Shown here: in pieces, positions 24,666 to 36,205 of the stretch
Position numbering within the stretch: position 1 is the stretch's first letter
Layout: every line of letters begins with the position of its first letter
From: Felis catus
Taxonomy: Eukaryota
Assembly: GCF_018350175.1 (NCBI RefSeq)
Contig: NC_058383.1
Span: 12,588,001-12,648,000, forward strand
DNA: 60,000 bases
Reading direction: 5' to 3'
Notes under the pieces: model-generated
What the model was told of the DNA's origin: nothing
The model's database searches: none
Seen by the model: the letters and a program-made list of their open reading frames with translations, nothing else
Position numbers and translations under genes: made by a program

Positions 24666-25684
24666 TCCCCGCCCCCGAACTTGGCTTTGTTAAGGGCCGA
24701 GCTGCTTCTCAGCCTGGCCCTCCAAGCATCAAAACGGCAAAAGTAATGGAATAAAGCCTCTGACAGCCTTCCCCTCTCAGGAGTTCCAAGGGAATAGAGA
24801 TGAGATTACGGCCACGAGAAACTGTCCGGCTGATTATTGGTGCCAGGGGTGACAGGCTGCTGCTTACTGATTCATGGCGTGGTAAGTAGCAAAAGGAGAG
24901 AGCACGGAGAGCAGAAAGCTGTCTATATTCCTGGAGCCGTGCTCTCCCGATGCAGCCACTTGAGTCAAGCCACAGGCACCACGGGCTGACTCTGATCCTC
25001 AGTAACAACTGTTTAAAAGCGGACAGAGGCAAGGCTTCCGGATTTGTTGACTCGTGTTGTTCTTGGGAAAGCAGGGGGAGTTAAGGGTTCGGTTTCCAGT
25101 ATTTCCCACGGGAGGCTGTTTCCAAAGGGACACAAATCATTCACCGGAGGCAGGATACGTTATTAGTAGTTTGGAGTTCGCGGCAACCCACACCCGGGCC
25201 TTCCAAGAGGTGTGGGTCTAAACAGAAGGCATCTTTTTTTTTTTTTTTTAACTCATATCCGCCAAAAACGAATGCTTCCTCCTGGCTTGTAAGAACTAAC
25301 AGTACTCAGACGTAATGATCACATATTCTGAAAGATTGCTAAATGCTCCGGGAGCACAGGAGGAATTTTTAACAGAGAAATTCCGGGAAAGGACCTTGAC
25401 ACTGATAAGAGAAGCAGGGCTGGAAACCTGAGCTCGGGTCGTGGTGTTGGCCTTCACAGACTCACGCATTTGCTCAACAGGTTTTATGTGCCCGGGCTGC
25501 TCTAGGTTCTAAGGACGGAGCGAGGAAAAGTCCTTCCTCAGAGCGCAGGGTGCTTCTGCAGGTAGGACTGGCCTTGTGGGGGCTCCAAGTTGTGCGCAAA
25601 CCATGCCCGTCCCCATTCTAACTGCTCCGTCAGAAAAGAGGAAAAACATCTATTCTTCTTGTGGTCAAGAGACCATCGGTTCCT

Positions 25685-26154
25685 GGGGCGCCTGGGTGGC
25701 TCAGTCGGTTGAGCGTCCGACTTCAGCCCAGGTCATGATCTCGCGTTCTGTGAGTTCGAGCCCCGCGTCGGGCTCTGTGCTGACGGCTCGGAGCCCGGAG
25801 CCTGTTTCGGATTCTGTGTCTCCCTCTCTCTCTGACCCTCCCCTGTTCATGCTCTGTCTCTCTCTGTCTCAAAAATAAATAAACGTTATGGGGCGCCTGG
25901 GTGGTGCAGTCGGTTAAGCGTCCGACTTCAGCCAGGTCACGATCTCGCGGTCCGTGAGTTCGAGCCCCGCGTCGGGCTCTGGGCTGATGGCTCAGAGCCT
26001 GGAGCCTGTTTCTGATTCTGTGTCTCCCTCTCTCTCTGCCCCTCCCCCGTTCATGCTCTGTCTCTCTCTGTCCCAAAAATAAATAAACGTTAAAAAAAAA
26101 ATTTGAAAAAAATAAATAAATAAACGTTAAAAAAAAAAATTAAAAAAAAAAAAA
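25685..26154 (+). mobile_element. Can-SINE (outer) carrying a second SINE in its tail
   Basis: Perfect 17-bp TSD AAGAGACCATCGGTTCC (25667-25683, 26155-26171). Confidence 0.97.
25890..26113 (+). mobile_element. Young Can-SINE (SINEC_Fc type, inner)
   Basis: TSD AAATAAATAAACGTTA (25873-25888, 26114-26129). Confidence 0.96.
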
Positions 26155-26544
26155 AAGAGACCATCGGTTCCCATTCTGGAAGCACCCAAAACTAAAGACT
26201 GTCACATTTCAAATTAGTAGAGAAGCCTTGGTTCGACTATTGCCCTCCTGGATGAGCGCTCTCTGCAGCAGCCCCAGCAAGGCAGCAGCGACCTGTGCTT
26301 AAATACCCCCAGTGACAGGGAGCTTGCTCCTTTATTAGAAGCTCCTCTCGAGTGACCTGTGACCCTCAGGACGCTGAAGTTGAGCTCAGTTTGGCGTCCT
26401 TGCTGCTTTCAATCATTGGGTTCCCCCTTGGGAACCATGCAGACCAGGACTGATCCCTCTTCCCCAAGACACCGAACACATGTCCGGAGCCCTCCCTCCT
26501 GGCCAAAGACCATCTGCTCTCTGATCTGCTCGCCACACAAGGGC

Positions 26545-26770
26545 CAGCTACTGAGGCTCACTGTGTGCCATTGCGGTTGCCAGATACCTTACCTCTGTGT
26601 TAACTGCCGTGTCCATCCTATGAGGACGGTATACCCATTTCATAGATGGGAAAACTGAGGCTCAGAGAGGTTAAGTAGTTTGCCCAGAATTACTCAGCTA
26701 GTAGGCAGAATATGGACTCAAAGGCATGGCCTTCTGACTCCAAAATTCACCTCGAGGGCTCTCTATCCTG
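26545..26770 (-). mobile_element. MIR
   Basis: Core CCCATTTCATAGATGGGAAAACTGAGGCTCAGAGAGGTTAAGTAGTTTGCCCA. Confidence 0.88.
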
Positions 26771-27523
26771 GTGGTTCTCTGAAACTTCAGTTTGTCCATA
26801 CAATTTGTAGGTCTGCCCATGGTCCGTCTCCCTCTAAAAGCACACCCACGCTTCCCTTCGCATGTCTGTCTCAGTGTTCACTGTTCCCTTACAGCATGAA
26901 GCTATTAGTGGGTAAAGGACTAGGAGAATTATAAAATGGGTACTTACAATAACCCACTGTGTCCTACAGATGTAAAACCAAGACTTTCACTTGACCTATG
27001 CCACCCCCTTTGATTCCGCTCAACAAATTTTGGATGCTCCCCGCATCACACACCAAACTAGGCACGAGAAATACAAAGATGATCGTAAAAACTGGCCATC
27101 CCTCTCAAGGGAGACAAGAAAGTAAGTGAGTAATCATGAGACATGAGAGTCTCTGGATGAAGAGCCCTAGGGTCCTGGTAGAGGGAAGAGTAAGTCCTGC
27201 GAGGTGCTGGAACATGGGAGCGAAAGTTAGGCAAGAGTTTGCAGGTGAGGAGACCATCCTGCGTGCTCGCTCTCAAGGAACAAAGCTTTTTAACTAAGAA
27301 GTTGAGGGTTGAGAGGGCGGGAGTCCAGGCTCATTCCAGAATAAGCAAAGCCATTATCACGAAGTGGCCTCGTGTCATCCAGGGACACAAAATTTTCCAG
27401 TAAGACCAATGTATCAGGTACACTAGGGGAAGGTGGGATAGAAGGTGAGGTGTTGGGACGGGATAGACATACTAAGCCTTGGCATTTAGACTGAGCAGAT
27501 AGCCATCAAGAAAGAATATTTCT

Positions 27524-27748
27524 GGGGCACCTGGGCGGCGGAGTCGGTTAAGCGTCCGACTTCGGCTCAGGTCACGATCTCGCAGTTTGTGGGTTCGAGC
27601 CCCGCATCGGGCTCTGTGCTGACAGCTCGGAGCCCGGAGCCTGCTTCGGATTCTGTGTCTCCCTCTCTCTCTGCCCCGCCCCCACTCACGCTCTGTATCT
27701 CTCTCTCAAAAATCGATAAAAATTTACAGAAACAAAAATAAGAAAATA
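27524..27748 (+). mobile_element. Can-SINE
   Basis: Full body; TSD AAAGAATATTT. Confidence 0.96.
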
Positions 27749-27899
27749 AAAGAATATTTGTATGTTGGAAGCCAATCTGTGCCTTACAAAGATATCTCTG
27801 ATGGCTTCGTTGTGAATTCTAGGACCCCCTGTGCTTGCCATAACGCCGACCGAGATCACGCTTACTCTTTTTCAGCCATGTTGAGTTCACTCTCAACCA

Positions 27900-28500
27900 A
27901 CACTCCTTTTCACATATGGCGCTGTCGGCCTATGTCTTTCCAGCCGGAAGCAGTTGAACCTGTGCTTGGGACCTCGCATTTACCCAACGTATTGATTTTG
28001 TTAAAACCAGACCCCGCACCCTCTCATTTGCACCCTTCGGGATATTGATTTCTATCTCCATCGTGCTTACTAGGCCGCCAGCTTCAAGCTGTACATTAAT
28101 TTAATAAACCTCTTTCCAAATGTTCATGCAAATCACAGATTAAAAGGAAAAAAAAATCATAAGGCAAGGGCAAAGCTCCAAAGCATGTCACTAGACACTT
28201 TCCACCGGATTAACGTTTACTTTTAAATCAGTCCCTTTAAAAATAAAAGCTCTTTAATCAGTAGCGGCTCCACTCACGTGTCCTTTCTCTCTCGCCAGAC
28301 GCCGTGCTGTCAGCATTCTGGATGAAGTGAATCGCGCAGAACTTGCTCGTGGTGAGCCCACGCTGGCTGCTAGGTCTGTGGTTTCCTCTTCTAGGTGCTC
28401 ACACGCCAGCCCTTTGATCTTCCACCAGGCTTTCTGGAAGCTTCTTCAGTTGCAGACCCCATCTTCTTTCTTGGTTGGAAATCTGAACTCCATTTGTTGG
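27900..28500 (-). mobile_element. L3/CR1 LINE reverse-transcriptase remnant
   Basis: Minus-strand translation KVSSDMLWSFAL...LICDLHE...FIKLMYSLKL follows order and spacing of CR1 EVSSGVPQGSVL...FINDLDE...LIKFADDTKL; highly degenerate. Confidence 0.55.
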
Positions 28501-29025
28501 TCTCCAGTTTTCCAAACCACTTAGGTTTTCCGTGCTTCACAAAGACCACCCATAGCAGTTTGGGTGATCTGATCTGACGAGTTTCTTTCAGTAACATGGG
28601 CTATAATTTTCCGGCCTGGAATGCCACAAGTGTCCGTTTCGTCATCTAGAAAATGGAGACTGTAACAGCATTACCCCACACGGTGGTTTGCTAATTAAAT
28701 GGCATCATGCACTTAAAGGGCTGCTGTCCGGCACGTAGGAAACATTCCCCCCAAATTTGTAACAAGCCACCACATCGTTTCCTCCTGACAGCACCTCCAG
28801 TTTGATTGGCCTAAAAACCCACCTCTTCCAGAAGCCGCATTTGCTCCTAAATTTCCTAAATCTTTACACGATGTCACTATTCTCGCAGTCACTGAAGCCT
28901 GACACTCAAAAGCGTCTTTGATCACCACTTGCCTTCTCGCCCACATCAATCGATGTTAAGTCTGGTAGGTTTCATCCCTGCAATGCTACAGACACCACCC
29001 CCTTACTTCCATCCCATGGTCACCG

Positions 29026-29356
29026 TGACGGGTCGAATGGCCGTGTCGCCTCAAAGCACATGCATTGAAGCCCTTAATGCCCAGTGTGACTTATTTGGAG
29101 ACAGGTCCTGTGAGATGATAAAGGAATGATGAGGTCATAACGGTGGGGCCCCAATCCAACAGGGCTGTTGTTTGTGTAAGAAGAGGAAGAGACCCCAGAG
29201 ATCTCTCTCTCTCTCCACCACGTCAAGGCACAGTGAGAAAACGGTCGTCTACAAGGCAGAAGGATCTTCACTGACAATCAAAGTGGCTAACACCCTTGGA
29301 CAGTCTGAGACTTGTCAGCCTCCAGAATGGCGAGAACTAAACTTTTGGTTTAGTTT
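29026..29356 (+). mobile_element. MaLR LTR (MLT1A/B-like)
   Basis: TTGAAGCCCTTAATGCCCAGTGTGAC..TATTTGGAGA, GAGGTCATAACGGTGGGGCCCCAATCCAA, TAAGAAGAGGAAGAGAC, CAGCCTCCAGAA. Confidence 0.88.
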
Positions 29357-29404
29357 GCACCAACAGCCTCCTGACTCTTGCCCCCACTCCCACCTTTCCC
29401 CACT

Positions 29405-29490
29405 CCATCCAAGTACCAACCAGGCCCGACCCTGCTTAGCTTCTGAGATCAGGCGAGATCAGGCACGTTGAGGGTGGTATGGCCGTAGAC
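29405..29490 (-). pseudogene. 5S rRNA retropseudogene, nt ~1-86, 3'-truncated, no poly(A)
   Basis: Reverse complement GTCTACGGCCATACCACCCTCAACGTGCCTGATCTCGCCTGATCTCAGAAGCTAAGCAGGGTCGGGCCTGGTTGGTACTTGGATGG; 6 differences from recalled mammalian 5S; box C incomplete. Confidence 0.97.
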
Positions 29491-29779
29491 TACCTTTCTC
29501 TACTCCAACTCACCTCTCCCACTGCTCCCAGCCTCCCAATACTTCTTGACTTCTGCCCCTACATCACCAGAAACTTCCCATTGTTTGCCAAACTGAGCGT
29601 AAATTCACCAGTACTTTCGAGGTATCCCAGGTAAGCTTCACATATAAGCCCTCTTTATGATCCCAATCTGACCCTGGAAACTCCTGTTCCTCGTTCCTGA
29701 TATGGACTCTGCTCTAGCCAAACAAAACTTCTCATAGTCCCTAAGAACATCGTCGATCATTTGCATTTTTTGACTGATC

Positions 29780-30262
29780 TCTGCACCCAAACAGAAAGAC
29801 TGGCTGACTTAATAGTGACATAAACAAGTAAGAGTATTATTTTCATATAGTAAGTCCAGAGATGGGAAGTTACTTCTCTTGGTTTTGTGGCTCAATAATG
29901 TCACCAGAGATCAGCAATTTTTTTTCTTTCCTCAAGATGCAACTATGGCTGCCACGGCTCCGGACACCAAATCTGCGTTCAATGCATGAATACAAGAGAA
30001 GGAGAAGAGAAGAAACAAGGCAATCAAGCCAGTCCCGTTTAGTAGAAAAGGTCAAAACATTCCCAGAGTCCCCGTAGATTCCCATATCAACTCATTGGCC
30101 AGGGTACTATCACATGGTTACCCTTCCTTGCAAGAGAGACTGGAAAAGTGAATATTTCATCTGAGCAAGGTATGCATGACAATACCCACAACAATATTGG
30201 GACGCCGTTAGCAGAAAGTTAGAAGGCAGTCGATAACCGAGTGGACGACTAGTCTAGCCACA
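29780..30262 (-). mobile_element. MaLR LTR (MLT1J/K-like)
   Basis: AAGTCCAGAG, GGCTCAATAATGTCACCAG, ATGGCTGCCACGGCTCC, CTCATTGGCCAG...TCACATGG, TGCAAGAGAGACTGGAAAAGTG, terminal GCCACA. Confidence 0.75.
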
Positions 30263-30958
30263 GTACCTGGCACTCGTGTGAGGTGGGAGAATTTTTGTCT
30301 TTATCTCTCTTCACACACCTCCCAAACTCTCCTGTACATACTTTGTGTTCAGTAGGCTGATTGTGTTACCAGTTTATGATTGCCTACAAATGGTTCTACA
30401 TTCATTAAGTACCCGCTGGTCTCTGTTAGGTAGACTGGGAAGAAACAAGAGTAAAAGAAAGTATATTTGTCCTCAAGTCAGACAAAGTGCCTGCTGCTGA
30501 ATTACTTCCCCAAAACACAGTCGTTTTGGGGGTCCATTTCACACCCTCGGCACCAACACTGACCTCTGCTCGGCGACACCTTTCTTCGTGGGAGAGTATA
30601 CATAATAACCCTCGACCGGAGCTTGGCCGAATTGCTCTGACGTCTGCATTTTTCTGGCTCGACTGGACAAGATTTTCCTATAGATGAGTGGAGAAAACTT
30701 TGCTATGAAGCAATATAATGAAACACTGTTGCAAAAAGAACATTGAAAAGGAGGCGGCAGCCATCAGATATGACGCTACAGAATAACGAATGATATATAA
30801 GTAAATATTTGAGTAAATCCGGATTATCACGGAGTGCACAGTTTACATATCTATAATCACTGATAAGATACATTATGTGCAGGGGCGTTTGCATACAGAT
30901 AGTGATGGGTCTGGAATAGAAAGAAGGATGAACATAAAAGCAAAGAGGGTTTTAAAAA

Positions 30959-31170
30959 AATTTAATGTTTATTCATTTTTGAGACAGAGAGACAGAGACT
31001 GAGTGCAAGTGGGGGAGGGCGCAGAGAGAGAGGGAGACACAGATTCTGAAGCAGGCTCCAGGCTCTGAGCCGTCAGCACAGAGCCTGACGCGGGGCTCGA
31101 ACCCACAAACTACGAGATCATGACCTGAGCCAAAGCTGATGTTTAACCAGCTGAGCTACCCAGGTGCCCC
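30959..31170 (-). mobile_element. Can-SINE
   Basis: Full body; degenerate TSD around CAAAGAG. Confidence 0.96.
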
Positions 31171-31203
31171 AACAAAGAGAGGTCTTAAAAATATATTTAC
31201 CCA

Positions 31204-31429
31204 GGGGCGCCTGGGTGGCTCAGTCAGTTAAGCGTCCGACTTCGGCTCAGGTCACGATCTCACGGTCCGTGAGTTCGAGCCCCGCGTCGGGCTCTGTGCT
31301 GACGGCTCGGAGCCTGGAGCCTGTTTCAGATTCTGTGTCTCCCTCTCTCTCTGACCCTCCCCCATTCATGCTCTGTCTCTCTCTGTCTCAAAAATAAATA
31401 AACGTTAAAAAATATATATATACATATAT
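31204..31429 (+). mobile_element. Can-SINE with (TA)n tail
   Basis: Full body; TSD ATATATTTACCCA (31191-31203, 31430-31442). Confidence 0.97.
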
Positions 31430-32637
31430 ATATATTTACCCAAATCTTCCTAGTGGTACTCTCTGGGCACTACATTATAATTGGCTTTCTGGTTTTGTTT
31501 GTCACTATCTCCCAGATGTTCTCAAACGAATCTGCTTCGCTTTTATAATAAAAAGAAAAAGCGGTTGCTTTTGCTTTTCTTAACTTTTGGGAGTTTTAGG
31601 GGGCCAAGCAGCCTTCAGAGGCCTCACGTGATGATCTGAATTTGACTCGATGAGACAAGGGCTAGTGAACTTGAGTGGCCACAAATTCGAGAGAGCCTCT
31701 GTTTATGACCTCGAACCATTTGCAGCGCAGGAACGAGTCACGAATTTTTATTTGCAGCTTTAGAAACACCGGGGGCAAAATCTAAAGACAGCGCGAGCCT
31801 GGAAGTAGGTGGTGCGCCACAGAAACTAATTTTCCACGGAGGTTTGCTTAGGCGTTTCATATCTTCAGAGACTCCCATTCACTGCCAAGTGTGACCCCCA
31901 AACAATGAAGCCATTCGGCAGGGAGGAAGGACCTTCGATGCCGTGAATGCTGCCACCTGTACTCTGAGCCTCCTTGACTAAATCAGCACTGGAAATCGCA
32001 TTGCTGCTCTGCTTCTGTTTCAGTCATGGGAAGGCTTTACGCAGAATGGACTCACCTCAATTCGATGACAATGCCCGTGACATTCAAGTGATTCCTCTTT
32101 TACATGCAGCGCCGAGCCGAGTGTCTGCTTCATCTCACGATTCCCATGACAAAGCAGAAAAGGCTGGGAAGCCCTGGACACGCTGAGCCAATGGCACCTT
32201 TGCTGCTGGATGCGATGTCGCTCCCAAAAGTAACCCCCCGGAAATCTCGGCAAAAGCACGTCCTGCCCTTTGGAAGCCTCCGGTTTTGACAAGTTACTCT
32301 TTTCCACTTATGAGGCGCCGTGATTACGACTCACGTGATAGGTGGCTACAAAATAAGGACACTGGCCTGAAGGCAGGCTGCTGCTTTTTAAACTAAAAAA
32401 AACACATGGTGGAGGGGTGGAAACAATACTTCCGACCTGGAATGTGCAGCGACGGAGCCCAAGTAGTCAGAGAAAAGATCTTGAAGGTAAAAATACAACT
32501 GATTATCTCAGTTTCTGGCTGCATTAGACGTGTTCTGAACTCTAGATTTTCATCCAGGTGGTCCTGCCTGGATCCTAAGGCAGGGAAGGAGGCAGGGGTT
32601 CAAGATACGCGCTTGATCCATAAATAAATACAGTGAT

Positions 32638-32884
32638 GGGGCGCCTGGGTGGCTCAGTCGGTTAAGCTTCCGACTTCGGCTCGGGTCACGATCTCGCGAT
32701 CTCGCGGTCCATGAGTTCGAGCCCCGCGTCGGGCTCTGGGCTGATGGCTCAGAGCCTGGAGCCTGCTTCCGATTCTGTGTCTCCCTCTCTCTCTGCCCCT
32801 CCCTCGTTCATGCTCTGTCTCTCTCTGTCTCAAAAATAAATAAACATTTAAAAATAAAAAATACATACATACATACATACATAC
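32638..32884 (+). mobile_element. Can-SINE with internal 8-bp duplication and (TACA)n tail
   Basis: TSD ATAAATACAGTG (32624-32635, 32885-32896). Confidence 0.97.
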
Positions 32885-33344
32885 ATAAATACAGTGCATT
32901 GGGTTGTACATCTCCAGAAAGTGAACTTTCTGGGAGGACGAGGGTCTTAACGCTATGGAAGGGTCAACTACACAAAGACTGTTGTCAACTCAGCACTTAC
33001 TAGCCCCTTTGAAGGTCTCTCGACTTAAGCATCACTTGAGAAAAGCATTTCCCAGAATCCCCTTCCCCAGATGGTGCTGAGTTAGAGTTTCCCAAGGAAG
33101 GACAATCATTGGAAGAGACATTTGGAAGCCCATTATTTTCTGAGGGCAGATGAATCAGGACAGAAGGTCAGACAGGAGGCTCCCAGAAGCTTCCCAGAGG
33201 ACTCTTTTGAACCCCCCATTTTGATACACCAGGCTAAAACCATTGACTGTGGATTATCGCCAACTTCAGTTCCCTATGTCTTCCAATATCTAAATAAATC
33301 TCTAAATCCTACACTAAAATTACTTGTACCCAGAGCACAAAGGG

Positions 33345-33870
33345 CTTTTTAGGCAGTGACGCTACTCTGTATGATATGATAGCGGTGTTTATACATTATC
33401 GTACATTTGCCAAAACCTATAGATCGTACAAGACCAAGAGTGAACCCTAATATAAACTGCAGACGTTAGAACTTCCTGGGTGGCTCAGTCGGTTAAGCGT
33501 CTGACTCGATTTCAGCTCAGGTCATGGTCTCGCGGTTCATGAGTTTGAGCCCCGCATCGGGCTCTGTGCCTGGAGCCCGCTTCGGATTCCGTGTCTCCCT
33601 CTCTCTCTGTTCCTCCCCTGCTCATACTCTGTCTCGGTTTCTCAAAAATAAATAAAAGTTTAAAAAAAAATTTAAACTGCAGACGTTGGGTGACAATGAT
33701 ATGTCAATGTAGGTTCACCGATTGTAACAAATGTACCACTCTGGTGCGGGGTATGGGAGCCTGTGGGGGCGGGAGACAGGGGATATGTGGGAACTCGCTG
33801 TACTTTCTGCTCAATTTTGCTTTGAACCAAAAATTGCTCTTAAAAAAAAAAAGCCTATTTAAAAAAAAAA
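33345..33870 (+). mobile_element. L1MC-like 3' end interrupted by a SINE
   Basis: AAGAGTGAACCCTAATATAAACT, TGTCAATGTAGGTTCA..ATTGTAACAAATGTACCACTCTGGTG, TGTACTTTCTGCTCAATTTTGCT, A-tail. Confidence 0.88.
33468..33672 (+). mobile_element. Can-SINE nested in L1MC
   Basis: Perfect 15-bp TSD TAAACTGCAGACGTT (33453-33467, 33673-33687). Confidence 0.96.
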
Positions 33871-34087
33871 TTCTTTGTGCCCAGGATGCATAGAATAGCT
33901 TGTTTTCCTCACCAAACCTGATGAACCCACGGATTTGCTCATTGAAGTAGATGGAAATCTTAGGCAGAACCATTTGGAGACCATAATACAGGTGGAAACC
34001 AGACTATGAATTTAAATATGAAGCGTAAATCAGAGTTGTTACTACATTCTCTCTAAATTTATAAAATTGCATTTTTTTATTGTTTTT

Positions 34088-34295
34088 TTTTTCAACGTTT
34101 ATTTATTTTTGGGACAGAGAGAGACAGAGCATGAACAGGGGAGGGGCAGAGAGAGAGGGAGACACAGAATCGGAAACAGGCTCCAGGCTCTGAGCCATCA
34201 GCCCAGAGCCCGACGCGGGGCTCGAACTCCCGGACCGCGAGATCGTGACCTGGCTGAAGTCGGACGCTTAACCGACTGCGCCACCCAGGCGCCCC
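34088..34295 (-). mobile_element. Young Can-SINE (SINEC_Fc type)
   Basis: TSD TTTTTTTATTGTTTTT (34072-34087, 34296-34311). Confidence 0.97.
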
Positions 34296-34595
34296 TTTTT
34301 TTATTGTTTTTACGGTTCGGGTATTTTCCCCTTTTATCGCGTCACGTTATGCTGGGCTACGTGATGGTACTGTTTTACATCATTTTTTGGCATTCAGGTG
34401 GATCTCTCTCTCCACGTCCCTCCACATTCAAATCTTGCTGAGCGTGTAGGAAAGCGCTCAACACGGGTCCTGGCTCACAGTAGGAGCTCAATCAGCGTTC
34501 ATTTCCTGTGTTATTAGGCATCTGTCCTGTACCTGTGCTAAGGGATCATCTCTGCCTTCAAGGAATTTGCAATCTTCTTAAGAAGACAATACAGA

Positions 34596-34825
34596 GGGGC
34601 GCCTGGGTGGCGCAGTCGGTTAAGCGTCCGACTTCAGCCAGGTCACGATCTCGCGGTCCGTGAGTTCGAGCCCCGCGTCGGGCTCTGGGCTGATGGCTCG
34701 GAGCCTGGAGCCTGTTTCTGATTCTGTGTCTCCCTCTCTCTCTGCCCCTCCCCCGTTCATGCTCTGTCTCTCTCTGTCCCAAAAATAAATAAATGTTGAA
34801 AAAAAAAATTAAAAAAAAAAAAAAA
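34596..34825 (+). mobile_element. Young Can-SINE (SINEC_Fc type)
   Basis: Perfect TSD AAGAAGACAATACAGA (34580-34595, 34826-34841). Confidence 0.97.
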
Positions 34826-35959
34826 AAGAAGACAATACAGAGAGAACAGATGAATAACAGAAATCCTAATAGTTGAATGGAGCAATTTAAGAAACATCGC
34901 ACGGTTATGCGTGGTTATAACTGCCAAAGAGAGGATCCTGGCAAAAAAACCAACAGAGTTAAGAGGTGGCACCGACATTCTTGAATGTGTATCGTCTTGG
35001 AAAAACCTTGTGCGCTTTGGAAGACCAGCCAGTGAGAGCGAGCCAAGGAGATGGAAAACTGCATTTCCTTCCCAGCTTTCCTCTCCAGAATCTTTTATAT
35101 CCAGTAGGATTCTCCAGGTTGAGCGGAGCCAGATATCTAAGTGGATTAATTGTTATTTATAATAACATTTTGAACCATGAAGCACGGGTGACCTCCCATC
35201 ACCCGCTCTCCACTAAATTGTGCAACTGTAACAAACAAATAAATGGGATTTGCCTCCCTGCCAAGGATGTGCTGCAGCCATCCATCCGCCACGGTCATCA
35301 ATTAAAGGATTAAATAATGAACGAACTGGCAGAGTTCAACTATAATCTTCAGACCCAAACTCCAAAGATGCTCCGTGAACAGCAGTATGGGATTTATGGA
35401 TTTCATGTTCCTTCCCCTCGCTCCACGAGGGTGCACACGGCCACGAGCACCCTTGTGCACGGTCACCAACATGCACACATAAGCACGAACACACCCACAC
35501 ATTTGCACACCACCACCACCCCCATACGCACACACACTCTTGCCCGTGGCTTCTCTTGCCACTTGCGTGGTTTTCTTCAATTAGGTAATGAACTTATTAA
35601 TCATGGAAGGAAATGTATTTATCTTGGAGGGAAGTTGCTTTAATCCTTTGGTTTAGACCAGGATTGCGCTAGTCACCTTGGCCAGCAGTCCCTAGCTGGA
35701 GCGAAGCCAGGAGAGGAAGACAGGCACTCAGAAAACATCAAGCCAGCAGACGCTCAGCTTGACATGAGAGACAGTGCCTTGGGAGAGGGGCTGTGTGGCA
35801 CCCAGAGGCTTCCAGCTGCCCCCGAACAGCCACCTGGGATGCATTTGCTCCAAAGGCTGGTAAAGCCATAAGTATGCATGAGTTCAGCAGAGATCTAAAG
35901 ACACGAAACCCATCCATAATGTGATCCTGAGAGCTTGTTAGAGATATTGATTAATCATA

Positions 35960-36205
35960 GCAGTAATTTACATTTATAAATCCTTTACAATGGGGCAGGC
36001 ACTGTGCCAAATACTTGCCATGGATTATCTCACGTTAAGCCTCACAATAACCCTGCAATGTAAACACGGTGATTAACCTGGCCTTTGAAATGAGAAACTT
36101 GCTGCTCAGGGAAGTTGAAGCAAAATCACATAGCTTGTATGTAAAGTCGAGTTGAGGTCCAAACCAGTCAGATGGATTCCAGAGCTCGCTTTGTATCACA
36201 CCACA
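35960..36205 (-). mobile_element. MIR
   Basis: CAGGCACTGTGCCAAATACTT...CCTCACAATAACCCTG...ATGAGAAACT...CTCAGGGAAGTTGAAG. Confidence 0.75.

Noticed and set aside
24897..24946. 10-bp stem GAGAGCACGG/CCGTGCTCTC with small inner hairpin
   Set aside because: Too short, no snoRNA or miRNA hallmarks; compatible with chance
29405..29490. Functional 5S rRNA gene
   Set aside because: About 35 nt missing at the 3' end, box C cut, no terminator, CpG decay, single copy
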